Below, in pieces: positions 1 to 7,801 of a stretch of DNA of 22,224 nt. The notes beneath the pieces were generated by a model. That model made no database searches. It was not told where the DNA came from and saw nothing but the letters and a program-made list of their open reading frames with translations. The stretch covers positions 1 to 22,224 of the forward strand of contig JBHIFL010000064.1 in NCBI GenBank assembly GCA_046761065.1, given 5' to 3'. Position 1 is the first letter of the stretch, and each line of letters starts with the position of its first letter. The position numbers and the translations under genes were made by a program. Origin of the DNA: Candidatus Heimdallarchaeota archaeon. Its GTDB lineage: Archaea; Asgardarchaeota; Wukongarchaeia; Wukongarchaeales; JBHIFL01.

Positions 1-47
1 AATATTTCTTGCTAAAAAATAAAGTGTGAAAGGGTGCATGATTAATT

Positions 48-1028
48 TTACCCTGTTATTCGCCAGTATTTCTCAATACCTTCTGGCCCTAAATCAAAGA
101 CATACATTCTGAGGATTCCACGATCATATTCGGATCCGGGATTAATACAAATAGTTCTCCCAAACTTCACTTCCCCAGGCGATTCATGAATATGAGAATG
201 AAGCCCGATTAAAGGCTTGTATTTCTCAATAACCTTACGAACAGATTTACTACCTACTGGTATCATTACAGGATGGCCACCAATTAGAACAGGTTTTAGG
301 TTTTTATCAAGTTTTGGTGCCATATCTATTCCTGAATCGTAAGGAGGGACATGAAAAGCGCATATCAGATCCGGATAAAGGGATTCGTTAACCATTTTGA
401 ATTTTCTGAGAAGTCTTTTTTCCAATTCTTTCTCAGGCTCTTCTCTGGGTGAATTCCAGGGAGTTGGATTAGACCACTCACAAGTGATCATAGGGTGTTT
501 TTCATCAAGCCAGACAACCTTATCATTTGGATAGACAATCTGTTCTTCGTGGTTACGAATTATTTCATCAATGACAAATGGGTCATCATTTCCTGGAGCA
601 ACAATAATTGTTACATTTTTGGAGACTTTTTCTTCAACCGCTAATAACCAACGCCCCATTTCTTTTTGCATTATCTCAGTAAATAGTTCATCCCATTTTG
701 TTTGATCTTTTGCGTATTCCATAACTTTCTCATACGGAGCTTCCCAAGGATACATTCCAATATGACGTATTCGTTTTGTTATGTCTTGAACTTCTTGTTC
801 AGTTTTTAAAATCCATTCTTTTCCAAAGATATTGGGGGTTTTCCATGTATTTGACATCTTAGATATGGGAACAATTTTCTTTCCAGTCAGATCCCCATTC
901 ATAAAGATGATATCTGTATTATACTCATTTGCTGCTTTAAGGAATTTAAACCAGACAACTTCGCTCCCATGGACATCTCCAGAGTAAACCATCCTGGGCA
1001 CAATAAAACCCCTCTTATACCGATCCAT
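48..1028 (-). CDS. Calcineurin-like metallophosphoesterase (Icc-related, COG2129-like)
   Basis: Five metal motifs in order: GDVHG (DxH), NGDLTG (GD), PGNDD (GNxD), FHVPP, HSHIHE; C-terminal INPGSEY. The start could be the GTG of VPRMVY. Confidence 0.9.
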   Translation of the reverse strand: MDRYKRGFIVPRMVYSGDVHGSEVVWFKFLKAANEYNTDIIFMNGDLTGKKIVPISKMSNTWKTPNIFGKEWILKTEQEVQDITKRIRHIGMYPWEAPYEKVMEYAKDQTKWDELFTEIMQKEMGRWLLAVEEKVSKNVTIIVAPGNDDPFVIDEIIRNHEEQIVYPNDKVVWLDEKHPMITCEWSNPTPWNSPREEPEKELEKRLLRKFKMVNESLYPDLICAFHVPPYDSGIDMAPKLDKNLKPVLIGGHPVMIPVGSKSVRKVIEKYKPLIGLHSHIHESPGEVKFGRTICINPGSEYDRGILRMYVFDLGPEGIEKYWRITG

Positions 1029-1130
1029 TTTCTTTTTTTATTAATCCAGAATGCTCCATTCTAGGCACACAAAAATTAAATTTTAGTTATGCATACAAAA
1101 ATTGAATAAAATTTATGAGTCCATGATCTT

Positions 1131-1958
1131 TTACCTAACAACTTCTTCTACATGTCTCCACCATGGCTTCTTTATCCCAGTTTTGGCTCGTTTCATCCAT
1201 TTTTTGGATTTCGGTTCTTGTTCAATATAATCTAGAAGGATATCGATCTTTTTTATTACAACATTGTAATCAATTTGATCAATCTTCTGTTGTGTAAGGT
1301 ATTTCCCAGCGAAAGGTTTTGTGTGCTCTAGGTTTGCTTTTGCATCATACCAGAATCCCCAATCATTAGCTAATATTTTCGCAATATATTTTGCATTGAT
1401 GATCTCCTTTTCATCCCGATCATCGATTTCATGAGCTCTTAAGAGCACAATCATATCTTTGAAATCTTTCTCATTGATATCATGAATCTGCAATTTATGT
1501 AGAATTAATTCAGCTAGAGGGATTGTATGAGTATCTACTTCAAGTCTACCTTCACCTGGTTTATTTCCAAAAAAAATATCATGGCTAAACTCAAGTTTAT
1601 CAAAAATTATGTCAGTATGATAGTAACCTTGTGGATGATAAAATAATAATCTCTTGTAGCCAAAATAGGCATTTATATGTCTATCTGGGATATACTTAAT
1701 TTCATTCGCAAAGAACGGTTCAATTTGTTTTCTTTGCTTGCTGTAACTAACAAAATCTAGATCTACAAAGCTCCTTTTTATCTCACCAAGACGAGCAAGC
1801 CGAATATGCATGTCAGCAAAATCCATACAATGCATTCTAATAGCGACAGAACCGACAACACGTATAATAATATCTTTGTTTTGCGCCTCATTGACTATCC
1901 TATTCGCATCATCAAGAAAAATCTTATCAGGTACTTCCTTGTGTTTTTCAGATTTCAT
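1131..1958 (-). CDS. Pol-beta superfamily nucleotidyltransferase-like protein (AbiEii/DUF1814-like motif layout), substrate unknown
   Basis: hGS motif RVVGSVAI, RSFVDLDF (DxD), third acidic strand TDIIFD, LHKLQI (Lys) and EKDFKDM (KDxxD); GGAGG SD upstream on the minus strand. Confidence 0.75.
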   Translation of the reverse strand: MKSEKHKEVPDKIFLDDANRIVNEAQNKDIIIRVVGSVAIRMHCMDFADMHIRLARLGEIKRSFVDLDFVSYSKQRKQIEPFFANEIKYIPDRHINAYFGYKRLLFYHPQGYYHTDIIFDKLEFSHDIFFGNKPGEGRLEVDTHTIPLAELILHKLQIHDINEKDFKDMIVLLRAHEIDDRDEKEIINAKYIAKILANDWGFWYDAKANLEHTKPFAGKYLTQQKIDQIDYNVVIKKIDILLDYIEQEPKSKKWMKRAKTGIKKPWWRHVEEVVR

Positions 1959-2063
1959 AGTTCTGCCTCCAATTTACTATAATCATCATCCCAATCATTC
2001 TCTAACTTTTTCGTACTTATAAACCTTTCAACAAAAAGATTTATGCGATCGTAATCTTTTTCT

Positions 2064-3581
2064 TTGATTATAATGCTTATGCAAGTACAAAAGTTACTGA
2101 AAAAACTGTATGTCCGGCATTCCTTATTAGCTTGTATATTTGTTTTTAGTCATCTCCCACTTTTCCATTACTTTGTGATACCTAATCCTGACTTTCTCGT
2201 CTGTTGCGATGTCAATCGCTATCTATTTACCTATGCTGGCAAAATAAAGGAGGGACTGATCCCTTATCGTGATTTTGAAAGTGAATATCCACCAGTGGCA
2301 TTACTTTTATTTGTGCTCCCTATACTCGCTACTACAGAGCTCGGTATCTACCAATACTTGTTTGCGATCGAGCAATTCATCTTCGAGATTATTGGGTTAC
2401 TAATCACCAACACTATACTGAAAAGAATGCAAATGAAAAGAGAGGAAGCCACTTTTGTGTTATTAGGTTATATACTATTATTAGCATCTGTTGGCCCAAT
2501 TCTTTATAGTAGATATGACATGACAGTAAGTGCATTGATCCTTGGAACATTCTACCTATACCTCATTGGGAAAACAAAGTGGGCTTGGGTAGTTTTGGCA
2601 GTAAGTGTCATGACCAAACCTTATACCATTGTCTTAGTCCCTCTTTTTTTCATTTCACGGCTCTCCGATACGAAAAAAGTCGTATCAGTATTTTTAGAGG
2701 GTTTTTTAGCCTTTGTGGGTCCCCTCTTATTAATCGCCCTCCCCTTTCTGCTTTTGGGTTTAGAGGGCTTTCTTCACTCCTTCGTATATCACGCGGAACG
2801 GGGCATCCAGATCGAAACCCTCTATTCGTCCTTCATACACATCTTCCATCTTCTTGGCTTGATTTCCGAAGTGACCACGGAGTTTCGTTATGGAGCCTGG
2901 GAACTCATCTCCCCCATTTCGTCGTTCCTCTCTAACTTGGCGTTCTTTCTCACCACAGCAGGATTACTCGGTATATATCTGATCTTCTATAAGGTGGAAA
3001 TAGGATTCCCCAACGAATCCGATAGCTTAGAAATCCGATCCTTACACTTGTACCGAGCATCAGTGATGGCCCTCCTTACGTTCATCTTATTTTATAAGGT
3101 TTTCTCCTCACAGTTCCTAATCTGGGTGTATCCACTCATCCCTCTAGTCTGTAGGAAGCCAGAGTTGCGAGCTAAAGTCATCAATGGACTCCTCATTCTC
3201 GGTGGGGGGGCGACACAACTTATTTATCCTCTGAACTATGTCCTTATGAATGGTTTCTGGTTACCTGTTACTATTATCTTAATCATAAAAAACGGGCTCT
3301 TGCTCCTCTGCTTAATCCTTTTGTGGAAATGGGATTCCCTTAAAACGGAAAAACGAGTGTTCCAGTTTAGTCTCCTAGGCATAACTCTTTTAGGAATCTA
3401 TCTCCTCGAGCTCTTCCCTTCGTTATATCATATGCAGGGGTTCCCCACAAAGTTCAATCTCCTTGTATTTCTCCTCGCAATGGGAACATTCCTCCTGTGG
3501 CGTCGCCATAACAGTGAATCTACCAACGCTCATGAAAATGAACCACCGATACGTTGGTTCGGTGCTCACTCCAGTAATTGA
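2064..3581 (+). CDS. GT-C fold membrane glycosyltransferase, family 87 (DUF2029)
   Basis: Polytopic hydrophobic protein with PYRDFESEYPP, RYD, RGIQIET and KVFSSQFLIW motifs. Start is uncertain (TTG 2064, ATG 2073 or 2079). The 3' end overlaps the convergent SDR by 16 bp. Confidence 0.8.
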   Translation: MIIMLMQVQKLLKKLYVRHSLLACIFVFSHLPLFHYFVIPNPDFLVCCDVNRYLFTYAGKIKEGLIPYRDFESEYPPVALLLFVLPILATTELGIYQYLFAIEQFIFEIIGLLITNTILKRMQMKREEATFVLLGYILLLASVGPILYSRYDMTVSALILGTFYLYLIGKTKWAWVVLAVSVMTKPYTIVLVPLFFISRLSDTKKVVSVFLEGFLAFVGPLLLIALPFLLLGLEGFLHSFVYHAERGIQIETLYSSFIHIFHLLGLISEVTTEFRYGAWELISPISSFLSNLAFFLTTAGLLGIYLIFYKVEIGFPNESDSLEIRSLHLYRASVMALLTFILFYKVFSSQFLIWVYPLIPLVCRKPELRAKVINGLLILGGGATQLIYPLNYVLMNGFWLPVTIILIIKNGLLLLCLILLWKWDSLKTEKRVFQFSLLGITLLGIYLLELFPSLYHMQGFPTKFNLLVFLLAMGTFLLWRRHNSESTNAHENEPPIRWFGAHSSN

Positions 3582-4309
3582 CTTCCCCCATCCACATGAA
3601 TCGTTTCACCAGTAATATAAGACGCTTCTTCGGATGCAAGAAAAAGAATTACGCGGGCAATATCGCCAGGGTATCCAATCCTTTTGAGAAGGGTTTTTGC
3701 TTCAAACTGCTCTTTTTCTTCGTTACCCATGCCCCAAGTATCGATTGCGCCGGGGGATACGGCATTAACCCTGATGGGTGCTAGTTTTCTAGCAAGACCC
3801 CGTGTCAATGGAGTGCCCGCAGCTTTTGTTAGCGTGTAACCCAAACCTCCAGGATCATAATCCATAACAACATTCACAATATTACCATTGGTCGCCCTCA
3901 GATGGGATGAAGCAAAATGAGAACATATTAGGATGCCCATTATGTTGATGTGAGTCATTCGCTTCCAGAGCTCCCAATTTGGTTTATCAAAATCAAATAT
4001 TGGAGGCGGATGCTTAGCAGCATTATTAACTAAGACATCAATTCTTCCAAACACATCCATTGTCGCTTTAATCATTAAATCGACTTCTTTTGGATTGGAT
4101 ACATCTGCTCTGAAAGAGAATGCTTCAGTCCCTAAGTCATGAACCATTTTTACTGTGTTTTCGCTCTTTGTAGGTGAAGAAAAGTAGTTCACGGTTATAT
4201 TTGCCCCTTTTTTTGCAAACAATCGTGCTGTTTCACTTCCAATACCACCACTTGCACCTGTAATAATTACGGATTTCCCTTTAAACGTCATATCAATCAT
4301 CTCAGACAA
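3566..4309 (-). CDS. SDR-family NAD(P)-dependent oxidoreductase with atypical catalytic region
   Basis: TGASGGIG Rossmann motif, ADVS, LVNNAA, YTLTK (YxxxK), IRVNAVSPG, ITGETIHVDGG. Confidence 0.9.
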   Translation of the reverse strand: MSEMIDMTFKGKSVIITGASGGIGSETARLFAKKGANITVNYFSSPTKSENTVKMVHDLGTEAFSFRADVSNPKEVDLMIKATMDVFGRIDVLVNNAAKHPPPIFDFDKPNWELWKRMTHINIMGILICSHFASSHLRATNGNIVNVVMDYDPGGLGYTLTKAAGTPLTRGLARKLAPIRVNAVSPGAIDTWGMGNEEKEQFEAKTLLKRIGYPGDIARVILFLASEEASYITGETIHVDGGSQLLE

Positions 4310-4568
4310 TACAAATTTGTAAATACTTTCTTCTTAATTTTAGTGGACAAAGGATTCAAATCCTAACACCAAGTTGCGAAAAATGAGATTGGATAGCAAC
4401 ATTCTCTAAAAACGAAACAAGAAAGTATGATAAATAATTTATACTTTTTATAGAGTTCCAAACTGCTATAAGAAAAAAAATAGAAATATCACATTTTGTT
4501 AGTAATGCATTGTTTACTAAATCTTAATTCAAGGACTTAACCTTCATTCTTACTCTCATTTAGAGCAA

Positions 4569-4603
4569 TAGATAGACTTAAATATGTCTAAATATAGTTA
4601 GAC
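4569..4603 (+). promoter_or_regulatory. Putative TATA box with overlapping operator repeats upstream of the HTH gene
   Basis: TTAAATA at 4578-4584; phased repeats TAAATATGTC (4579-4588) and TAAATATAGT (4589-4598); also reads as TAGAC-N8-GTCTA-N8-TAGAC (4573-4603). Confidence 0.5.
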
Positions 4604-4618
4604 GCGGAATTGACTTCA

Positions 4619-5026
4619 ATGAACGACGAGGTTAAGATACTCCTAAGGCAGGTTCTTGAGGGACAAAAGAAGATCCTTACAGATCTTGAGGCAGATAGGA
4701 AGAGAATAATGGAGATTGAGGAGCGAATTGCCCATATTGAGTTCAATCTTCAAACAAATAATTCTCACCAATTTGATCTTTCACCAGCTTTAATTCGTGC
4801 TCTTAAGGCTATGTTCGAGCTCCAATGTCCATGTACCACTGAAGAGTTGGCGGAGCATCTGGGTCTGTCCAGGAATGTTGTCTCTTTATACCTCAACCAG
4901 CTTGAACGGAGCGGCCTCGTCTCCCGCCAACCCAATCTTGGCAAAAAACGGGCAAGATATCTATTCGGTGTTAATGCTGAACGAGTGGACGACATAAGAG
5001 ATTTTCTCATTGAAACTGCAGGGTAG
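4619..5026 (+). CDS. Winged helix-turn-helix transcriptional regulator with N-terminal coiled coil
   Basis: Heptad-like N-terminus (LEADRKRIMEIEERIAHIE); wHTH TTEELAEHLGLSRNVVSLYLNQLERSGLVSR followed by wing RYLF. ATG 4619 is preferred over TTG 4610. Confidence 0.85.
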   Translation: MNDEVKILLRQVLEGQKKILTDLEADRKRIMEIEERIAHIEFNLQTNNSHQFDLSPALIRALKAMFELQCPCTTEELAEHLGLSRNVVSLYLNQLERSGLVSRQPNLGKKRARYLFGVNAERVDDIRDFLIETAG

Positions 5027-5312
5027 AAGTGTAATTATAAAGAAAGTGCAATGTTTATTATCATATATCATTACCTCAGCATATTTTAATCAAAAGAAAC
5101 AGCTTATTTTCTTCTATAAAGGTGGAAAAGGATTAATTGAGGATTTTTTGAAGCCTTATTCTTTCAACAAGATAGTTTTATCAAATAAAAAACTCTGAGA
5201 GCTAATTAAAGAACCATGTTTTTTATCGAAATTAACCTTAAAGCAGATATCTGTTTTTTTGTGGTTTTTGGCTTCTCCTCCACAGTTTATTTATTTCAAA
5301 TCTTAAAATTTA

Positions 5313-5360
5313 TAAATATCTAAATATGTTTAAATATGTCTAATCATATATAAACGTTTA
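5313..5360 (+). repeat. Tandem 10-bp-phased TAAATATGTY repeats; second copy of the HTH upstream motif
   Basis: TAAATATC (5313), TAAATATGTT (5321), TAAATATGTC (5331). The 14-mer TTAAATATGTCTAA is identical at 4578-4591 and 5330-5343. Confidence 0.6.
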
Positions 5361-5382
5361 AAAGTTTGGAGGCTGACTCAAT

Positions 5383-5574
5383 ATGTTTTGGCATAAAAAA
5401 GCCAATGATAAGCATCAGAAAAATGCTGAGGCCAAATATCGTAAAAAGATAGAAGTTCAGCACCTGAAAAATGCTAAACACCAGTATGGGAAAGAATATG
5501 GATTTCAGAATGAACGAATGAATCATGATATTCTAAAAATACACATACACAAGTTGTTTTTGAAAAGATTATGA
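5383..5574 (+). CDS. Small basic (Lys/His-rich) hypothetical protein, 63 aa
   Basis: GGAGG SD at 5368-5372, TATA-like repeats upstream, hairpin plus T-tract downstream; no family recognised. Confidence 0.55.
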   Translation: MFWHKKANDKHQKNAEAKYRKKIEVQHLKNAKHQYGKEYGFQNERMNHDILKIHIHKLFLKRL

Positions 5575-5607
5575 TACCCCAATAAAAATCAAACCAAAAT
5601 AACTCGA

Positions 5608-5682
5608 TGACAATGTACAGGTGGGTGAATCGTTCAGTGTGCTAGCAAGTCCCTGTACATTATCACCAATCGCTTCTTTTTT
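5608..5682. terminator. 14-bp stem hairpin plus T-tract between convergent genes
   Basis: TGACAATGTACAGG (5608-5621) pairs with CCTGTACATTATCA (5652-5665) with one mismatch (a G-U pair on the minus strand); T-run at 5677-5682. Confidence 0.4.
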
Positions 5683-5710
5683 AATTGAAAACAGGATTGA
5701 ATGGTCTTTC

Positions 5711-6124
5711 TTATGGGATTATCGCAACAGCTTCAATCTCAATCAGCATTTCTTTTGTAACTAATGATGCTTGAACCGTGCTGCGGGCTGGGGGATTGGT
5801 TGAAAAGAATTTCGCGTACGTTTCATTCATTTCTTTAAAGATACTCATGTCTGCCAGAAAAACTGTTGTTTTAACAACATACTCCAGGGAACTCCCAGCT
5901 GCCTCAAGAATGGTAGAGATGTTTTTTAAGCATTGCTCTGTTTGATCTTTAACAGAACTGCCTTTCAATTGACCTGTTGCAGGGTCTATACCCACTTGAC
6001 CTGCAGTAAATATGAAATTTCCCGCTTTTATACCTGGAGAGTAGGGCGCTAATGGCTTTGGTATTTTTTCAGAAAGTATGACTTCTTTCTTCACTTTTGT
6101 TCTACCTCGATCTTCATTTTCCAT
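5711..6124 (-). CDS. ridA: RidA/YjgF/UK114 family enamine/imine deaminase
   Basis: APYSPG, FTAGQVGIDP, VVKTTVFL, PPARSTV (catalytic Arg), LIEIEAVA. Likely start is GTG 6094 after GAGGT. Confidence 0.9.
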   Translation of the reverse strand: MENEDRGRTKVKKEVILSEKIPKPLAPYSPGIKAGNFIFTAGQVGIDPATGQLKGSSVKDQTEQCLKNISTILEAAGSSLEYVVKTTVFLADMSIFKEMNETYAKFFSTNPPARSTVQASLVTKEMLIEIEAVAIIP

Positions 6125-6315
6125 TTAAAATAAATTCTACAATCTGATATAGAACCGATTATATCCGCAAAGCGAACAGTTGTTATCCTTACTTAAACTT
6201 TTTGTCTCATTTTTAGAATGTTAATCATATATTCATGAGAAGGATTTTATGGATGTCAAGAAAACACTGCTATTGACCACTTAATCAAATTACAGAGAAT
6301 TTACTGCAGTGTAAA

Positions 6316-7512
6316 ATGGTACAATCTGAGGAAAAAAGTATGGCACCTTTGAAAAGTGTTAAAGTTTTAGATTTAACCCGACTTTTGCCCGGGGGCTACT
6401 GTACCATGTTATTGGGGGATTTCGGGGCAGAGGTCATCAAAATTGAGCAACCAGGAATCGGGGATTATATAAGATGGATGCCACCCCGCATGAAAAAAGA
6501 AAGCGGGTTGTTCCTTGCCATAAATCGAAATAAAAAAAGCATGACGTTAAATCTAAAGACAAGTCAAGGGCAAGAAATCTTTTACCGGCTCGTAGAATCG
6601 GTGGATGTCATCATAGAAGGATATCGACCTGGAGTTGTTAAAAGGCTTGGTGTTGATTATATAACTGTAAAAGCAGTCAATCCTAAAGTGATCTATTGTT
6701 CACTCTCAGGGTATGGACAGACCGGTCCTTATCGAAATTGGGTTGGACATGACATAAATTACATTGGGATTGGGGGAATTCTTGCCATTACTGGAACCGC
6801 TGATGAACCGGTTATTCCGGGTGTACAAATTGCAGATTTAGCTGGAGGTGGGATGCTGGCAGCTATTGCCATTTTAACCGCCCTTTTCGCGAGGAAAAAA
6901 ACCGGGATAGGGCAGTATATAGATGTGGCCATGCTAGATGGGGTCGTCTCTTGGTTGTCAATTCATGCTGGTAAGTACTTCGTAGACCAAGAAATTCCAA
7001 ACCCCAATACAATGCCTTTATCTGGCGGCACTGCCTCATACAACATCTATGAAACAAAAGATCGTAAGTGGATTAGCTTAGGGATACTAGAAAAGCAATT
7101 TTGGATCAATCTTTGTCAAGTGATAGGTCGTGAAGATCTTGAGGATGCTCCCTACTTTGAACCTTCTCATCGTGATGAACTTAAAAGCATTTTACAATCA
7201 ATTTTTCGCACAAAAAATCAGATAGAATGGATAAATCTATTAACCAGTGCTGATGTGCCATGTGGACCCATTTATACCATTGATGAAGTGTTCAAAGACC
7301 CGCAAGTACTTCATCGCGACATGTTTCTCGAGATGGATCACCCAACAGAAGGACGTATCAAACAATTGGGAATCCCCATAAAATTCTCAGAAACCCCCGG
7401 ACAGCTTAGATTGCCACCACCTCAGCTAGGGGAGCATACTGCTGAAATTTTGCAGAGTTTAGGATATTCAGAGGAACAAATACAGAATTTTCGAATCAAA
7501 GGAGTTATTTAA
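6316..7512 (+). CDS. CoA-transferase family III (CaiB/BaiF), alpha-methylacyl-CoA racemase-like subgroup
   Basis: VLDLTRLLPG, GAEVIKIE, NRNKKS, EGYRPGV, SGYGQTGPY, GHDINY, ADLAGGG, PQLGEHT. Confidence 0.92.
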   Translation: MVQSEEKSMAPLKSVKVLDLTRLLPGGYCTMLLGDFGAEVIKIEQPGIGDYIRWMPPRMKKESGLFLAINRNKKSMTLNLKTSQGQEIFYRLVESVDVIIEGYRPGVVKRLGVDYITVKAVNPKVIYCSLSGYGQTGPYRNWVGHDINYIGIGGILAITGTADEPVIPGVQIADLAGGGMLAAIAILTALFARKKTGIGQYIDVAMLDGVVSWLSIHAGKYFVDQEIPNPNTMPLSGGTASYNIYETKDRKWISLGILEKQFWINLCQVIGREDLEDAPYFEPSHRDELKSILQSIFRTKNQIEWINLLTSADVPCGPIYTIDEVFKDPQVLHRDMFLEMDHPTEGRIKQLGIPIKFSETPGQLRLPPPQLGEHTAEILQSLGYSEEQIQNFRIKGVI

Positions 7513-7801
7513 ATTTCTCTAAAACAAGTTTCAATTACATTGTTAAAAACTTCCATTATGGATTTTATTGTACAAGTTACATCGATTTTTCTTGTTTATT
7601 TATATCTGATAACTTAAGATTATTGAATTAGACTAAATCAACTTAACAAATGTTCGCTTTTATCTTGGTGAGATGAAACCCACAAATTTACTTTTAACCG
7701 AATAAGTAAACCTAAGAGAAGAAAGATCCATATTAATTGAATACATATAACTTATTTATCCTGTATTATATTAAATATTGATTTACAAAGGGCGGATATT
7801 T

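Noticed and set aside
4351-4371. GGATTCAAATCC...ACCA resembling a tRNA T-arm and CCA end (possible att site)
   Set aside because: There is an extra A before TTC, the spacing to CCA is too short, no cloverleaf forms upstream, and there is no integrase.
5010-5198. 62-aa ORF after the HTH gene
   Set aside because: TTG start inside the upstream gene, no SD, and AT-rich intergenic-like composition.
4578-5343. 14-bp direct repeat read as a mobile-element target-site duplication or CRISPR repeat
   Set aside because: Only two copies about 750 bp apart, no transposase, integrase or cas gene, and both sit at promoter positions.
5344-5526. Hydrophobic 60-aa antisense ORF (type I toxin-like)
   Set aside because: Its Phe/Ile/Leu richness is the mirror image of the Lys/Asn-rich plus-strand ORF, which has the SD and promoter-like signals.
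5572-5700. Five successive in-frame TGA codons after the 63-aa ORF next to a hairpin starting ATGA (selenoprotein/SECIS?)
   Set aside because: The 3' arm lacks the GA needed for a SECIS core, the read-through peptide has no recognisable selenoprotein motif, and it would run into ridA. TGA serves as a normal stop elsewhere in the window.
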